64,000 bases of DNA, taken from the IMG/VR virus record IMGVR_UViG_3300035661_000005; one strand, given 5' to 3'. Source of the stretch: a virus. Its lineage: Duplodnaviria; Caudoviricetes. Position 1 is the stretch's first letter. The number at the start of each line of letters is the position of its first letter. The translations under genes and the position numbers were made by a program. This document shows positions 38,621 to 47,672 of the stretch, piece by piece. The notes beneath the pieces were generated by a model that saw only the letters and a list, made by a program, of their open reading frames with translations, searched no databases and was not told the origin of the DNA.

Positions 38621-39454
38621 ATGAAACAGTACACGGACATGCTCCAGCACATCCTCGCCAAGGGGGTTCTCAAACCGACCCGAGCCGTCCTCCAGTCGAC
38701 GGGCGAGCGCGTCCACGCCTACAGCGTGTTCGGCTACCAGAACCGCTACGACCTCGCCGAGGGCTTCCCCGCTGTGACTACGAAGAAGCTCGCCTTCAAG
38801 GCGATCGTCGCGGAGCTGCTCTGGTTCCTGGCGGGGGACACGAACGTCAAGACGCTTCAAGCGCAAGGCGTTCACATCTGGGATCAGTGGGCGAACGCGG
38901 AGGGGGATGTCGGCCCCGTCTACGGTAGGCAATGGCGTTCGTGGGTCGGTCCCCAGGGCCAGGTGGTCGATCAGATCCGCGACGTGGTTCAAGGGATCAC
39001 GGACGTCAAGAACACCCCGCACGCATCCGTTGGCCGTAGGCTCATCGTCTCGGCTTGGAATCCAGTGGACGTGCCTGCGATGGCTCTCCCGGCTTGCCAC
39101 GCCTTCTTCCAGTTCTCCGTGACGGACGGGAAGCTCTCGTGTCAGCTCTATCAAAGAAGCGCTGACGCATTCCTGGGCGTACCCTTCAACATCGCCAGCT
39201 ACGCCTTGTTGACCCACCTCATCGCCCTCAAGACGGGTCTCCAGGTGGGTGACTTCATCCACACCTTCGGCGACCTTCACATCTACGCGAACCACGTTGA
39301 TCAGGTGCGTGAGCAGATCGCTCGCGACCCCTTCCCTCTGCCTCGTCTGCTGCTCCCTTCGGAGCTGCCGTCCCTGGAGAGCATCGATCCCGCACTGATC
39401 CGGTTGGATGGCTACCAGAGCCATCCGGCTCTGCGTGGGGAAGTTGCTGTCTGA
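38621..39454 (+). CDS. thyA: Thymidylate synthase
   Basis: GPVYGRQWR, RRLIVSAWNP, ALPACH, YQRSADAFLGVPFNIASY, GDLHIY. Confidence 0.97.
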   Translation: MKQYTDMLQHILAKGVLKPTRAVLQSTGERVHAYSVFGYQNRYDLAEGFPAVTTKKLAFKAIVAELLWFLAGDTNVKTLQAQGVHIWDQWANAEGDVGPVYGRQWRSWVGPQGQVVDQIRDVVQGITDVKNTPHASVGRRLIVSAWNPVDVPAMALPACHAFFQFSVTDGKLSCQLYQRSADAFLGVPFNIASYALLTHLIALKTGLQVGDFIHTFGDLHIYANHVDQVREQIARDPFPLPRLLLPSELPSLESIDPALIRLDGYQSHPALRGEVAV

Positions 39455-39552
39455 TCCCGAAAGGATCATGTCCAAGAAGTCCAAGACCCAGCTCATCGGC
39501 GCCGTTTCTACACGTTCTCAACGCGGTTCGGGAGCCCAGCGATGTGATCGGC

Positions 39553-39580
39553 TTGACAGGCCCGAACGAGCGGGTACTGT
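39553..39580 (+). promoter_or_regulatory. Sigma70-like promoter
   Basis: TTGACA (39553-58), 16 nt spacer, TACTGT (39575-80). Confidence 0.5.
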
Positions 39581-39586
39581 TTGAAC

Positions 39587-39668
39587 TAGAACCTGTTCAC
39601 GGCCGAATTGGCTTACCGCCAGGCGGCAAGTCCTGCGGGTCATCTTCGGGTGGCCCGCAGTTGTTTTT
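39587..39668 (+). ncRNA. Candidate small RNA of about 80 nt
   Basis: Lies between the sigma70-like promoter and an intrinsic terminator; no ORF; short internal hairpins. Confidence 0.4.
39633..39668 (+). terminator. Intrinsic terminator
   Basis: 12-bp stem CTGCGGGTCATC-TTCG-GGTGGCCCGCAG (two G-U pairs, cUUCGg loop) followed by TTGTTTTT. Confidence 0.8.
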
Positions 39669-39701
39669 GGGGCGCGCAATGTTCGTCCGGTACGTGGATG
39701 A

Positions 39702-39936
39702 GGCTCTGACCTCCTGACACGCCAGATTCGGCGAGTGACCGATGCGGTCCCCGACATGCTGCGAGGGCCTGCAAGGTTCCCGCATCGCAACTGGTATCGA
39801 CCGGCCCGGTCGATCAAGAAACCCGCACAATTTCGCGAGCGCAGACGGCGCAACTGTCACACGTTTTGGAGCAGCCCAGACCCGAAAACGGCATGATTTG
39901 CAGGTGTTTTGGCCGAGGTGTCAGGATGTCAGCGCC
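39702..39936. repeat. 19-bp imperfect inverted repeat with near-central perfect palindrome
   Basis: GGCTCTGACCTCCTGACAC (39702-20) vs GTGTCAGGATGTCAGCGCC (39918-36), 17/19 complementary; ATCGACCGG-C-CCGGTCGAT at 39796-814. Confidence 0.6.
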
Positions 39937-39979
39937 TGATGCCGGGGCAATAGCCTTTCGATAGGCTAGACTGGATAGC

Positions 39980-41668
39980 ATGTTCTACATCCACGCCGCT
40001 ACGGATGACCTTGGCCTGAGCGCCAGCCCGGACGACCTGCCGGAGATCGAGAGCGCGCTCGAAGACCTCAACGACGACCCGAACATGGGGTCGTTCGGTT
40101 CGGGTCCGTACTGGCCGAAGATCCGCGAGCGTCTCCTGGGAGCTTCCTCGTCGCAGGACGTGAAGGAGGCCATCAAGGAGTGGCGCTACATCCGCATGTG
40201 GATCGGTCGCGGGCAGTGTGAGCTGTGCGACCACCAGCCGATCGTCTACCACTTCCAGATCGAGAACCGGATCAACAAGAACCGGCTGATCCTCGGTTCG
40301 GAGTGCATCAACAACTACCTCCAAATCGAGGGGGTGCCCTCCAAGGAGGTGCTACGCAAGCGCCTCAACCAGCTCCGGGCCATGGCGAAGGCCCAGGAGA
40401 AGGGCGAAGTCGGCGAGGACGCCATGCAGGCCATCGAGGCCCTGCAGAACCTGGAGCGTGAGGTCAACATCCTCATCGGCAAGGTGTCCCGCCCGGACCC
40501 CGACATCAACGTCAGCGACTACCTCCAGAGCCTGAACGTGCCCTACTACCGGCTCAACATGCTCGGTGGTTCCTCGATGGCGAACAAGACCGCCGCCGAG
40601 ATCGTGTTCAAGGCCCGGGAACTGGAGACGTTCCTGAAGTCGCTACAGAAGCGATCGAGCCTCTATAAGACCACGACGATGCTCCCGGCGGTCGAGGCCA
40701 TCATGCGCTTCCGGGACATGGGGGAACGTAGGGCCAAGCTCGAACAGCTCCGCAAGCACATCAACGAGACCTTCAAGCTGGGCGCCGCGGAAGAAGCGAT
40801 CGAGCTGATCTGGGCCGAGGTCCGGACGGCCAAGAAGGCGATCCTCGCCAAGTACCTGGAGAAGGTCGAGACGCTCAAGACGGACATCCAGAAGCGGTAC
40901 CAGCGGGAGATCGACCAGCTCAAACCCTACCCGCATCTCGCCTTCATGATCCAGGCGGGCGTCAATGCCCTCAAGGAGATGGCGGACGCCGATGCCGCCA
41001 AGATCGTCGAGTCGGTCAACTCAATCGAGAGTACCAACACGGTCAACAGGATGGTCCTCGGCAGTTGGACGCTCAAGGGGCCGAGCCTCAACGACTACGG
41101 TTTCTCCAACAAGAAGGACAGGAGCACCCTGGTCGCTGGAGCGGACGATGCGCAGCGGATCTACTCCCTCGCCACGGGTCATGCCTTCAACTACGCGGCC
41201 GAGTTGATGGTGATGTATCAGCTGCCCAAGGTCCAGGATGTGGCGGGTGTCACGCACGCCATCCTCTCAGCGGCCGACGATGGGGAGATCGACGGCGACA
41301 GCCGCACCTGGTTGAGCAACCCCAAGCTCATCGCGCGGTTCGAGGAAGAGGTCGACGAGATCAAGAGCCACCTCAAGGAAGCGCAGGGCCAGAAGGTCTT
41401 CGAGGCCATGGGCGCCGACCTCAAGTTCGACGTGCAGAAGTTCTACAAGTGCGTCGAGATGTCGAACGAATGGCTCGTCGGCTTCGGCAAGAGCATCTTC
41501 GTCCAGTGGAAGCGGGGGGTGCAGAAGGGCCTGTCGTTCAAGCAGCGGCAGGTCATCGAGCGTGAGATCGGCAAGGGGAAAACCCCCGGCCGGTCCCTCT
41601 GGGACGAGATGGAGTCGGAATTCAACAAGCGGAACCAGGCGAAATTCGCCTACAGCTACGCCCGCTAG
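39980..41668 (+). CDS. Hypothetical protein, 562 aa, with Zn-finger motif
   Basis: CELCDH...LILGSECI; helical middle region; C-terminal F..SI..Q....LS.KQ motif. Confidence 0.7.
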   Translation: MFYIHAATDDLGLSASPDDLPEIESALEDLNDDPNMGSFGSGPYWPKIRERLLGASSSQDVKEAIKEWRYIRMWIGRGQCELCDHQPIVYHFQIENRINKNRLILGSECINNYLQIEGVPSKEVLRKRLNQLRAMAKAQEKGEVGEDAMQAIEALQNLEREVNILIGKVSRPDPDINVSDYLQSLNVPYYRLNMLGGSSMANKTAAEIVFKARELETFLKSLQKRSSLYKTTTMLPAVEAIMRFRDMGERRAKLEQLRKHINETFKLGAAEEAIELIWAEVRTAKKAILAKYLEKVETLKTDIQKRYQREIDQLKPYPHLAFMIQAGVNALKEMADADAAKIVESVNSIESTNTVNRMVLGSWTLKGPSLNDYGFSNKKDRSTLVAGADDAQRIYSLATGHAFNYAAELMVMYQLPKVQDVAGVTHAILSAADDGEIDGDSRTWLSNPKLIARFEEEVDEIKSHLKEAQGQKVFEAMGADLKFDVQKFYKCVEMSNEWLVGFGKSIFVQWKRGVQKGLSFKQRQVIEREIGKGKTPGRSLWDEMESEFNKRNQAKFAYSYAR

Positions 41669-41677
41669 GGGAACGGT

Positions 41678-41968
41678 ATGACCAAGGCTCAGTTCGTCGA
41701 AGCACTCGCCACCAACCTCGGGATCCCCAAGCCGGAAGCGGCCAATATCGTCGAGTCGTACACCGCCCTCGCCCTCGCCACGCTCAAAGCGGAGGGCGAG
41801 ATCACCCTACCGGGGCTCGTGAAGATCGTCCTCAAGGACAAGCCGGCGCAGCCCGAGAAGCAGAAGATGAACCCGTTCACCAAGACCATGGTGACGGTCA
41901 AGGCGAAGCCGGCCTCGAAGAAGGTCGTCGCCCGTCCGGTCGGCCCGCTCAAGAAGGCCATCGCCTGA
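41678..41968 (+). CDS. hup: HU/IHF-like DNA-binding protein
   Basis: MTKAQFVEALA...GEITLPGLVKI...MNPFT..VTVKAKPA. Confidence 0.85.
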   Translation: MTKAQFVEALATNLGIPKPEAANIVESYTALALATLKAEGEITLPGLVKIVLKDKPAQPEKQKMNPFTKTMVTVKAKPASKKVVARPVGPLKKAIA

Positions 41969-42000
41969 TCGGTAGCCTACTGATACGGTGCCGATCAGGT

Positions 42001-42522
42001 ATGTCCGTCGGACTCATCGTAGCTGCTGACCCCAACTGGCTGATTGGGGTCGATGGGAAGCTCCCGTGGCGATATCCCGCCGACCTTCGACGCTTTCGGG
42101 CGTTGACGATCGGCGGGACGCTCATTCTGGGCTCCAAGACCTTCTACTCGCTGCCCAAGCCCTTGGAGGGGCGGACGACGATCATTTTGTCGCGTGGGAG
42201 GGGGCCAGCGGTCTGGAAGCACCGGCCAGATGTGCTAGTAGACAGCCTTGGGGCAGCTTTGGACAAGGCCAAGGATCTGGGGCGCCCTGTGTGGATCGCT
42301 GGTGGTGCGGAGATCTACCGCGCTGCTTTGGCCATGGACGTGGTGGACTTCATCGATCTGACGATCGTGCCGATTTTTGAGATCACACCACAACCGTACG
42401 AGCAGACGTTCACGTACTTTCCCCACAGCCACCTCGATCGTTTTCGGAGAGTGCAGGTCGAACGCAATGTCGATGACGACCGGCTCACCCATCAACGCTA
42501 CGAGCGCAGCCGGTACTCATGA
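42001..42522 (+). CDS. folA: Dihydrofolate reductase
   Basis: LIVAAD..WLIG.DGKLPW..PADLRRF..LT, GSKTF.SLPKPL.GR, WIAGGAEIY. Confidence 0.92.
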   Translation: MSVGLIVAADPNWLIGVDGKLPWRYPADLRRFRALTIGGTLILGSKTFYSLPKPLEGRTTIILSRGRGPAVWKHRPDVLVDSLGAALDKAKDLGRPVWIAGGAEIYRAALAMDVVDFIDLTIVPIFEITPQPYEQTFTYFPHSHLDRFRRVQVERNVDDDRLTHQRYERSRYS

Positions 42523-42998
42523 GCAACGAGCAGAAACGCGCCTCGGTCTTCATCGCGGTCGAGAAGTCCAAGTACGAGACTCCCTACGATGTGGCCAAGG
42601 CGGTCATCCGTGCGGGTCAGGAGAAGCGTCGGCTCTTCAAGGAGCTGGAGCTACTCGACGTGATGTCCTACGGGGGGCGGCAGTTCGTCCGCTTCCGGTG
42701 TGACACCAAGGCCCCGCGGACGATCCTACGGCACCTCTTCACCAGTGAGAGGCGCAACGTAGTCATGCCCGCCAAGGATGGCATGACGTTCGAGGTGTGG
42801 ATCGGGACTCGGCGTGGATCGGTCTCCAGCTACCAGATGCACGAAGCCGCGAAGGATGGTTACGGCCGCATCCTCCGGGGACCGTACTTCAAGGACTGGA
42901 CGAGCCAGTTCAAGCCGAAAGTCTCTTTATCGCACCCGCATCAGCAGGGACATGATCAAGGTCGCCGCGGTTCAGTTTTCGCCCAAGTTCAAGGCTAA
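42519..42998 (+). CDS. Hypothetical protein
   Basis: ATGA-coupled to folA; the last ~15 codons overlap the next gene. Confidence 0.55.
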   Translation: MSNEQKRASVFIAVEKSKYETPYDVAKAVIRAGQEKRRLFKELELLDVMSYGGRQFVRFRCDTKAPRTILRHLFTSERRNVVMPAKDGMTFEVWIGTRRGSVSSYQMHEAAKDGYGRILRGPYFKDWTSQFKPKVSLSHPHQQGHDQGRRGSVFAQVQG

Positions 42999-43698
42999 GG
43001 AGGAGAACCTCCGCCGGCTCGTCGAATTCGTCTACGAGGCATCCAAGGCCGGGGCGAAGCTCGTCGTGTTGCCGGAGCTGGCGACCACGGGCTACTCCTT
43101 CATGAGTGCCGAGGAGGCGGAGGAGTTTGCCGAGAACGTCGACGTGGATGGGCGGACCTTCCGGGTCATGTCCCGTCTCTCGGCACGCTTGGGTGTTCAC
43201 ATCGTGTGGGGGATGGTCGAGTCCGAGCTGGGCTCCCATCAGCTCTACAATTCCCAGGTCATCGTGGCGCCAGATGGCAAGTGGGCCAAATACGCCAAGG
43301 TCAACCTCTGGGGGAACGACTGGCTCTGGGCCACGGAGGGGCGTGCGAATCCGTCCATCCTGGAGTGCGACTTTGGCGGAGATACGCGCAAGGTCGGCCT
43401 GCTCATCTGCCGGGATGTGCGGGACAAGAAAGATGACACCTGGGCCTCCTTCTACGAGAAGGGGGACGCCGACATCGTTTGCCTGTCTGCCAACTGGGGC
43501 GATGGCGGGTTCCCGGCGATCACGTGGATCGACTTCGCCCGGGACAACAAGACCACCCTGGTCGTTTCGAACCGCTGGGGCAAAGAGGTTCCCAACGACT
43601 TCGGTGAGGGTGGCGTCTGCGTCATCGAGCCTACGGCCAAGGTCCACTGCAAGGGGCTCATCTGGAGCCAGGACTGCATCGTCTACGCTGAGGTATAA
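42952..43698 (+). CDS. Carbon-nitrogen hydrolase (nitrilase superfamily)
   Basis: KVAAVQF, VVLPELATTGY, YAK, GLLICRD (E-K-C triad), VVSNRWG. Confidence 0.88.
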   Translation: MIKVAAVQFSPKFKAKEENLRRLVEFVYEASKAGAKLVVLPELATTGYSFMSAEEAEEFAENVDVDGRTFRVMSRLSARLGVHIVWGMVESELGSHQLYNSQVIVAPDGKWAKYAKVNLWGNDWLWATEGRANPSILECDFGGDTRKVGLLICRDVRDKKDDTWASFYEKGDADIVCLSANWGDGGFPAITWIDFARDNKTTLVVSNRWGKEVPNDFGEGGVCVIEPTAKVHCKGLIWSQDCIVYAEV

Positions 43699-43701
43699 AC
43701 C

Positions 43702-44772
43702 ATGATCGCCGCCAACGTCGTACGTCGTTTCCTCGCCTCAGGCATCCCGGACCTGCAGGGCATCCAAGACAACCTGGAAGCGCTCAAGGAGCTGGATGCG
43801 AACCTCACTGGCATCGAGGATGCGTTCGATAACCACTTCGATCTGACGGCGGCGAGCGCCCTGGAGCCTGTGGTCGACTCCCAGATCAAGAGCATCTTGA
43901 AGGCAAAGGAGGGCCTCAAGGCAGCCCAGGAGATGGTCAAGCAGACGGACATCATCCTGAACGCCTTCCCGGACGAGAAGGGGGCGCTCAAGACCAAGGC
44001 GGAAGCCGTCAAGATGGTCGAGCGCTTCACCAAGCACATGGAGGCGGCGCGGAAGATCGTCCGGACCATCTCGAAGAAGGCTCAGCCGGACGCCCTCAAG
44101 AAGGAAACGGCCATCGCGGAGAAGCTCATCTCGGCGCGGCTGGTGAACCCGGCGGCCCTCGACGTGATCCACTGGCAGACGCTGGAGCGAGGCTACATCC
44201 CCGGGGCCTACGGCCGTGACCAGAACGTCAAATGCGTGACCATGCTCTCGATCTTCCGGATCGAGGGCTCGCCCTGGAAGCGCAACGAGGGGGAGCCGAC
44301 CCTCCGGGAGTCCACGGACGCCCGCCTCCCTGGCGTTCACTGGACCATCGGCTACGAGCGGTCCGCCGGACCGTCGAGCGGCAAGGACTTCGCCGAGGCG
44401 GTCTTCAAGGCGCTCCGTGGGTGGCCTGGCCTCAAGGGTGAGGCCGAGGCTACCCAAGCGCGAGCGGGCACGGCGGCAGCCATCGCGAAGAAGCTCGACT
44501 CGGTCGCCCAAAGGCTCACTCGGCTCGACCACGACCGCGTCGAGATCTCGGACGACAAGACGGAGATCTCCACGTCGTACCGCTCGAACCTCCCGAAGGA
44601 GGGTGCGTACGATGTGGGTTCGTCCCGTTACGAGGAGATGGTCTCGGCCGAGATCAATAGGTGTCGGAGGACGTTGGATCCGGAGATCGCCAACTGGAAG
44701 GACGCCATCAAGAGCGTCGACGTCCACGACGGCGAGAAGGGCTGGATCTACATCACGGTCCGGCTGAAGTAG
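43702..44772 (+). CDS. Hypothetical helical protein with N-terminal NVVRRF motif (putative virion cargo)
   Basis: 356 aa; begins MIAANVVRRFLAS. Confidence 0.65.
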   Translation: MIAANVVRRFLASGIPDLQGIQDNLEALKELDANLTGIEDAFDNHFDLTAASALEPVVDSQIKSILKAKEGLKAAQEMVKQTDIILNAFPDEKGALKTKAEAVKMVERFTKHMEAARKIVRTISKKAQPDALKKETAIAEKLISARLVNPAALDVIHWQTLERGYIPGAYGRDQNVKCVTMLSIFRIEGSPWKRNEGEPTLRESTDARLPGVHWTIGYERSAGPSSGKDFAEAVFKALRGWPGLKGEAEATQARAGTAAAIAKKLDSVAQRLTRLDHDRVEISDDKTEISTSYRSNLPKEGAYDVGSSRYEEMVSAEINRCRRTLDPEIANWKDAIKSVDVHDGEKGWIYITVRLK

Positions 44773-44774
44773 GG

Positions 44775-44802
44775 TTGATCGGGGGCGTGTAGGCCCTGTA
44801 GA
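44775..44802 (+). promoter_or_regulatory. Promoter-like motif TTGATC-N16-TGTAG(A/G) (first of four copies)
   Basis: Same 16-nt spacing at 44775, 47354, 52349 and 53395. Confidence 0.6.
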
Positions 44803-44808
44803 TGGATC

Positions 44809-45057
44809 ATGGCAAAGCTCACGAAGTTCTGGGTGGTCCGGGACCCGAGCCCCGTCTCCGAGATCAACGACATCCTCTTCGAATCCGATCCGGTCAAGTA
44901 CGCGGCCTACTGCGTCGGGGCCGGGTACCGCAATGTCAAGGACGAGCACACCGCGGTATACACGACCGAGGGCGAGGCCAAGAAGGACGCCCTGGCGCGG
45001 CTCCAGGCGGAGAAGAAGCCCGTCTCGCCGTACCGTGCCCCGCCTCCCGAGGGGTAA
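44809..45057 (+). CDS. Hypothetical protein, 82 aa
   Basis: Good codon bias; ATG 6 nt after TGTAGA. Confidence 0.6.
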   Translation: MAKLTKFWVVRDPSPVSEINDILFESDPVKYAAYCVGAGYRNVKDEHTAVYTTEGEAKKDALARLQAEKKPVSPYRAPPPEG

Positions 45058-45098
45058 CAAGTACGGACTAACCCCTCCCGGTGTAAAGAGAGGGTGCC

Positions 45099-47357
45099 AT
45101 GTCGAGGACGTCCACCCCACACTGCTCGTTCTGCAACAAGCCTCGGAACGAGGTGAAGGCCCTCATCGGCAACGACGAGGGTCCGTACATCTGCAACCGT
45201 TGCCTGGAGAACGGCTTCCGGGCGCTCTCGAACGCCCGGAAGGCCGCCGCGCAGACGTCCGCCAAGGACGAGCCCCTCCGCAAGCCGCGGGAGATCAAGG
45301 CGACGCTCGACCAGCACGTCATCGCCCAGGACCGGGCCAAGATGGACATCGCGGTCGCCGTCTACAACCACTACAAGCGGCGCGAGGCGCTCAAAGCGGG
45401 CACCGACCTCGGCGGGGTCGAGATCGCCAAATCGAATATCCTCTTGATGGGGCCCTCCGGCTGCCATCGGCGGGGCCAACGCATCCTCATGTACGACGGA
45501 TCGCTTAAAGCGGTCGAAGACGTGCGGGTGGGGGACTGTGTGATGGGGCCTGACAGCACCCCTCGCAACGTCCTGGAGCTGCACACCGGCACGGAAGAGA
45601 TGGTCGAGATCACCCCGACCAAGGGGGCCCCCTGGGTCGTCAACAAGGGGCACATCTTGACGGTCTTCGAGTACGACAAGGGTCTCGTGGACGTGTCCCT
45701 TCGGGAGTGGTTGGGCTGGTCGGAGAAGCGTCGCACGGAGTCGAAACTCGTGCGCGTGGGCGTGGACTTCCCCCTCTCCGGGAAGACTCTTCCTATCGAG
45801 CCCTACTTTCTCGGGGTTCTGCTCGGAGACGGGTCGTTGGCCCCCCATGTTCGAGTGACCTCGGCGGACTCTGAGATCGTGGCGGCTGTTCGTGCCTGCG
45901 CCCAGGACTTCGGGCTCCAGGTCAACTCTTACGCAAAGGCCACCACTTCGGCCCGTGACTACGTTCTGGCTGGAACGAAGGGCAAACGGAACCCGGTGGC
46001 CGAAGCCCTCGACTCGTTGGGCTTGTGGGGCAGCCGTAGCGAGAACAAGTTCGTCCCTCAGTCGTACCTCACGGCATCGCGTGAAGATCGCTTGGCTCTT
46101 CTCGCTGGTCTGATCGACACCGATGGCTGTTACCGGGACAAGCCCCCTTGCTTCGATTTCACCAGCAAGTCGGAGAAGCTCGCCCAAGATGTCGCCTTCC
46201 TGGCCCGCAGCCTGGGCTTTGCGGCGTATCCCCGGCCGTTCATGAAAGACGGTACGGCGTACTTCCAGATGAGTATCTCGGGGGACATCGACACGATTCC
46301 GGTCAAGGTGGAGCGGAAGAAGGCTCGGGCTCGTCACGAAAATGGGCGGGACGTTCTGCGGGTCGGATTCACGACTCGCGACCTCCCGGCTGAGGAGTAC
46401 TTCGGCTTCGTCCTCGACGGCGACCATCGGTACCTGCTTGACGACTTCACCGTGACCCACAACACCGGCAAGACGGAGATCGCCCGCACGATCTCGAGGA
46501 TGCTCCGGGTGCCTTTCTTCGTCGGTGACGCCTCCCGACTGACCCAGGCGGGCTACGTCGGCGACGACGTGGAGTCCCTCCTCCAGGGGCTCGTGCAGGA
46601 TGCCGACGGAGACGTGGAACGCGCCCAGTGGGGGATCGTCTTCATCGACGAATTCGACAAGCTGGCCCGCAAGTCGGGCCGCGGTGCCACGGGCTACCGT
46701 GACGTCTCTGGGGAGGGTGTGCAGCAGGCCCTCCTCAAGATCCTCGAAGGCTCGAAGATCGTCGTCCCCCGCGGCATGGGGCGGGTCGCGATGGGGTCCG
46801 GTAGCGGGGACGTGTTCGACACCTCCAACGTGCTCTTCATCTGCGCGGGTTCGTTCGCGGGGATCGAGGAGGTCATCGAGAAGCGTGTGAACAACCGGGC
46901 GAGCCTCGGGTTCGGCGCCGCGGAGCGGAAGAAGCTCACCAAGACGGACATCTACCTCCATGTGACCGAGGATGACGTCCTGGAATTCGGCCTCATCCCG
47001 GAGCTGATGGGGCGTCTGCCGGTCTTGACGACGGTCGTGGATCTGACCGAGGATGAGATGGTGCGCATCCTGACGGAGCCGCGGAACGCGATCATCAAGC
47101 AGTTTCAGGCGCTTTTCTCAATCGACGGTATCGACCTCCAGTTCGACGAGGCAGCGCTCCGGGCCATCGCCCGGGAGGCCAAGATGCGGCCCACGGGCGC
47201 CCGTGCCTTGCGCTCCATCGTGGAGAAGGTGCTCCAACCCTACTGCTTCGACGCCCCGAGCGACCCGACCATCAAAGCGCTCCGGGTGACGGAGGAGACG
47301 GTGAACGGGACGGGCAAGGCGATCGTCGTGACCCGTGAGGCTGCCGCCACGGGTTGA
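45099..47357 (+). CDS. clpX: ClpX ATP-dependent unfoldase with intein
   Basis: CSFC..LI...ICNRC Zn domain, GPSG|TGKT, LTQAGYVGDDVE, FIDEFDKL, RDVSGEGVQQALLKI, LGF loop, GARALR. Confidence 0.93.
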   Translation: MSRTSTPHCSFCNKPRNEVKALIGNDEGPYICNRCLENGFRALSNARKAAAQTSAKDEPLRKPREIKATLDQHVIAQDRAKMDIAVAVYNHYKRREALKAGTDLGGVEIAKSNILLMGPSGCHRRGQRILMYDGSLKAVEDVRVGDCVMGPDSTPRNVLELHTGTEEMVEITPTKGAPWVVNKGHILTVFEYDKGLVDVSLREWLGWSEKRRTESKLVRVGVDFPLSGKTLPIEPYFLGVLLGDGSLAPHVRVTSADSEIVAAVRACAQDFGLQVNSYAKATTSARDYVLAGTKGKRNPVAEALDSLGLWGSRSENKFVPQSYLTASREDRLALLAGLIDTDGCYRDKPPCFDFTSKSEKLAQDVAFLARSLGFAAYPRPFMKDGTAYFQMSISGDIDTIPVKVERKKARARHENGRDVLRVGFTTRDLPAEEYFGFVLDGDHRYLLDDFTVTHNTGKTEIARTISRMLRVPFFVGDASRLTQAGYVGDDVESLLQGLVQDADGDVERAQWGIVFIDEFDKLARKSGRGATGYRDVSGEGVQQALLKILEGSKIVVPRGMGRVAMGSGSGDVFDTSNVLFICAGSFAGIEEVIEKRVNNRASLGFGAAERKKLTKTDIYLHVTEDDVLEFGLIPELMGRLPVLTTVVDLTEDEMVRILTEPRNAIIKQFQALFSIDGIDLQFDEAALRAIAREAKMRPTGARALRSIVEKVLQPYCFDAPSDPTIKALRVTEETVNGTGKAIVVTREAAATG
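45462..46463 (+). mobile_element. Intein (334 aa, LAGLIDADG) in ClpX Walker A
   Basis: GPSG|CHRRGQ...DFTVTHN|TGKT; FLGVLLGDG, LLAGLIDTDG. Confidence 0.92.
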
Positions 47358-47387
47358 TCGGCGCCGAGCTGCCCCTGTAGATAGGGC

Positions 47388-47672
47388 ATGACCGACAGCG
47401 TCTCCCTCCGCGTCGACTACATGGTCCCGGTCCTGACGAAGTCGAACAAGCCGAAGACCTACGAGCTTCGGCGGTTCGTCCTGGCGAATCGGATCGGCGT
47501 GGACGACTACGCGACGCTCAAGAGCGACGCGAACAAGCTCTGGGGTATCTTCCGGGCGGGCTTCGAGGCCAAGCTGGCGGAGCCGCTCAAGGGGTGGCCG
47601 ATCCACTTCCGCGTTCCGAGGATCGTAGCAAGGCCAAGGCGAACAAATGAGCAAGTCCCGCCGATATTTTGA
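47388..47672 (+). CDS. Hypothetical protein, 94 aa
   Basis: Good codon bias; ATG 6 nt after the TGTAGA motif. Confidence 0.55.
   Translation: MTDSVSLRVDYMVPVLTKSNKPKTYELRRFVLANRIGVDDYATLKSDANKLWGIFRAGFEAKLAEPLKGWPIHFRVPRIVARPRRTNEQVPPIF

Noticed and set aside
39468-39584. 38-aa ORF MSKKSKTQLIG... after thyA
   Set aside because: Codon bias collapses after about 12 codons and it runs across the promoter; at best a remnant.
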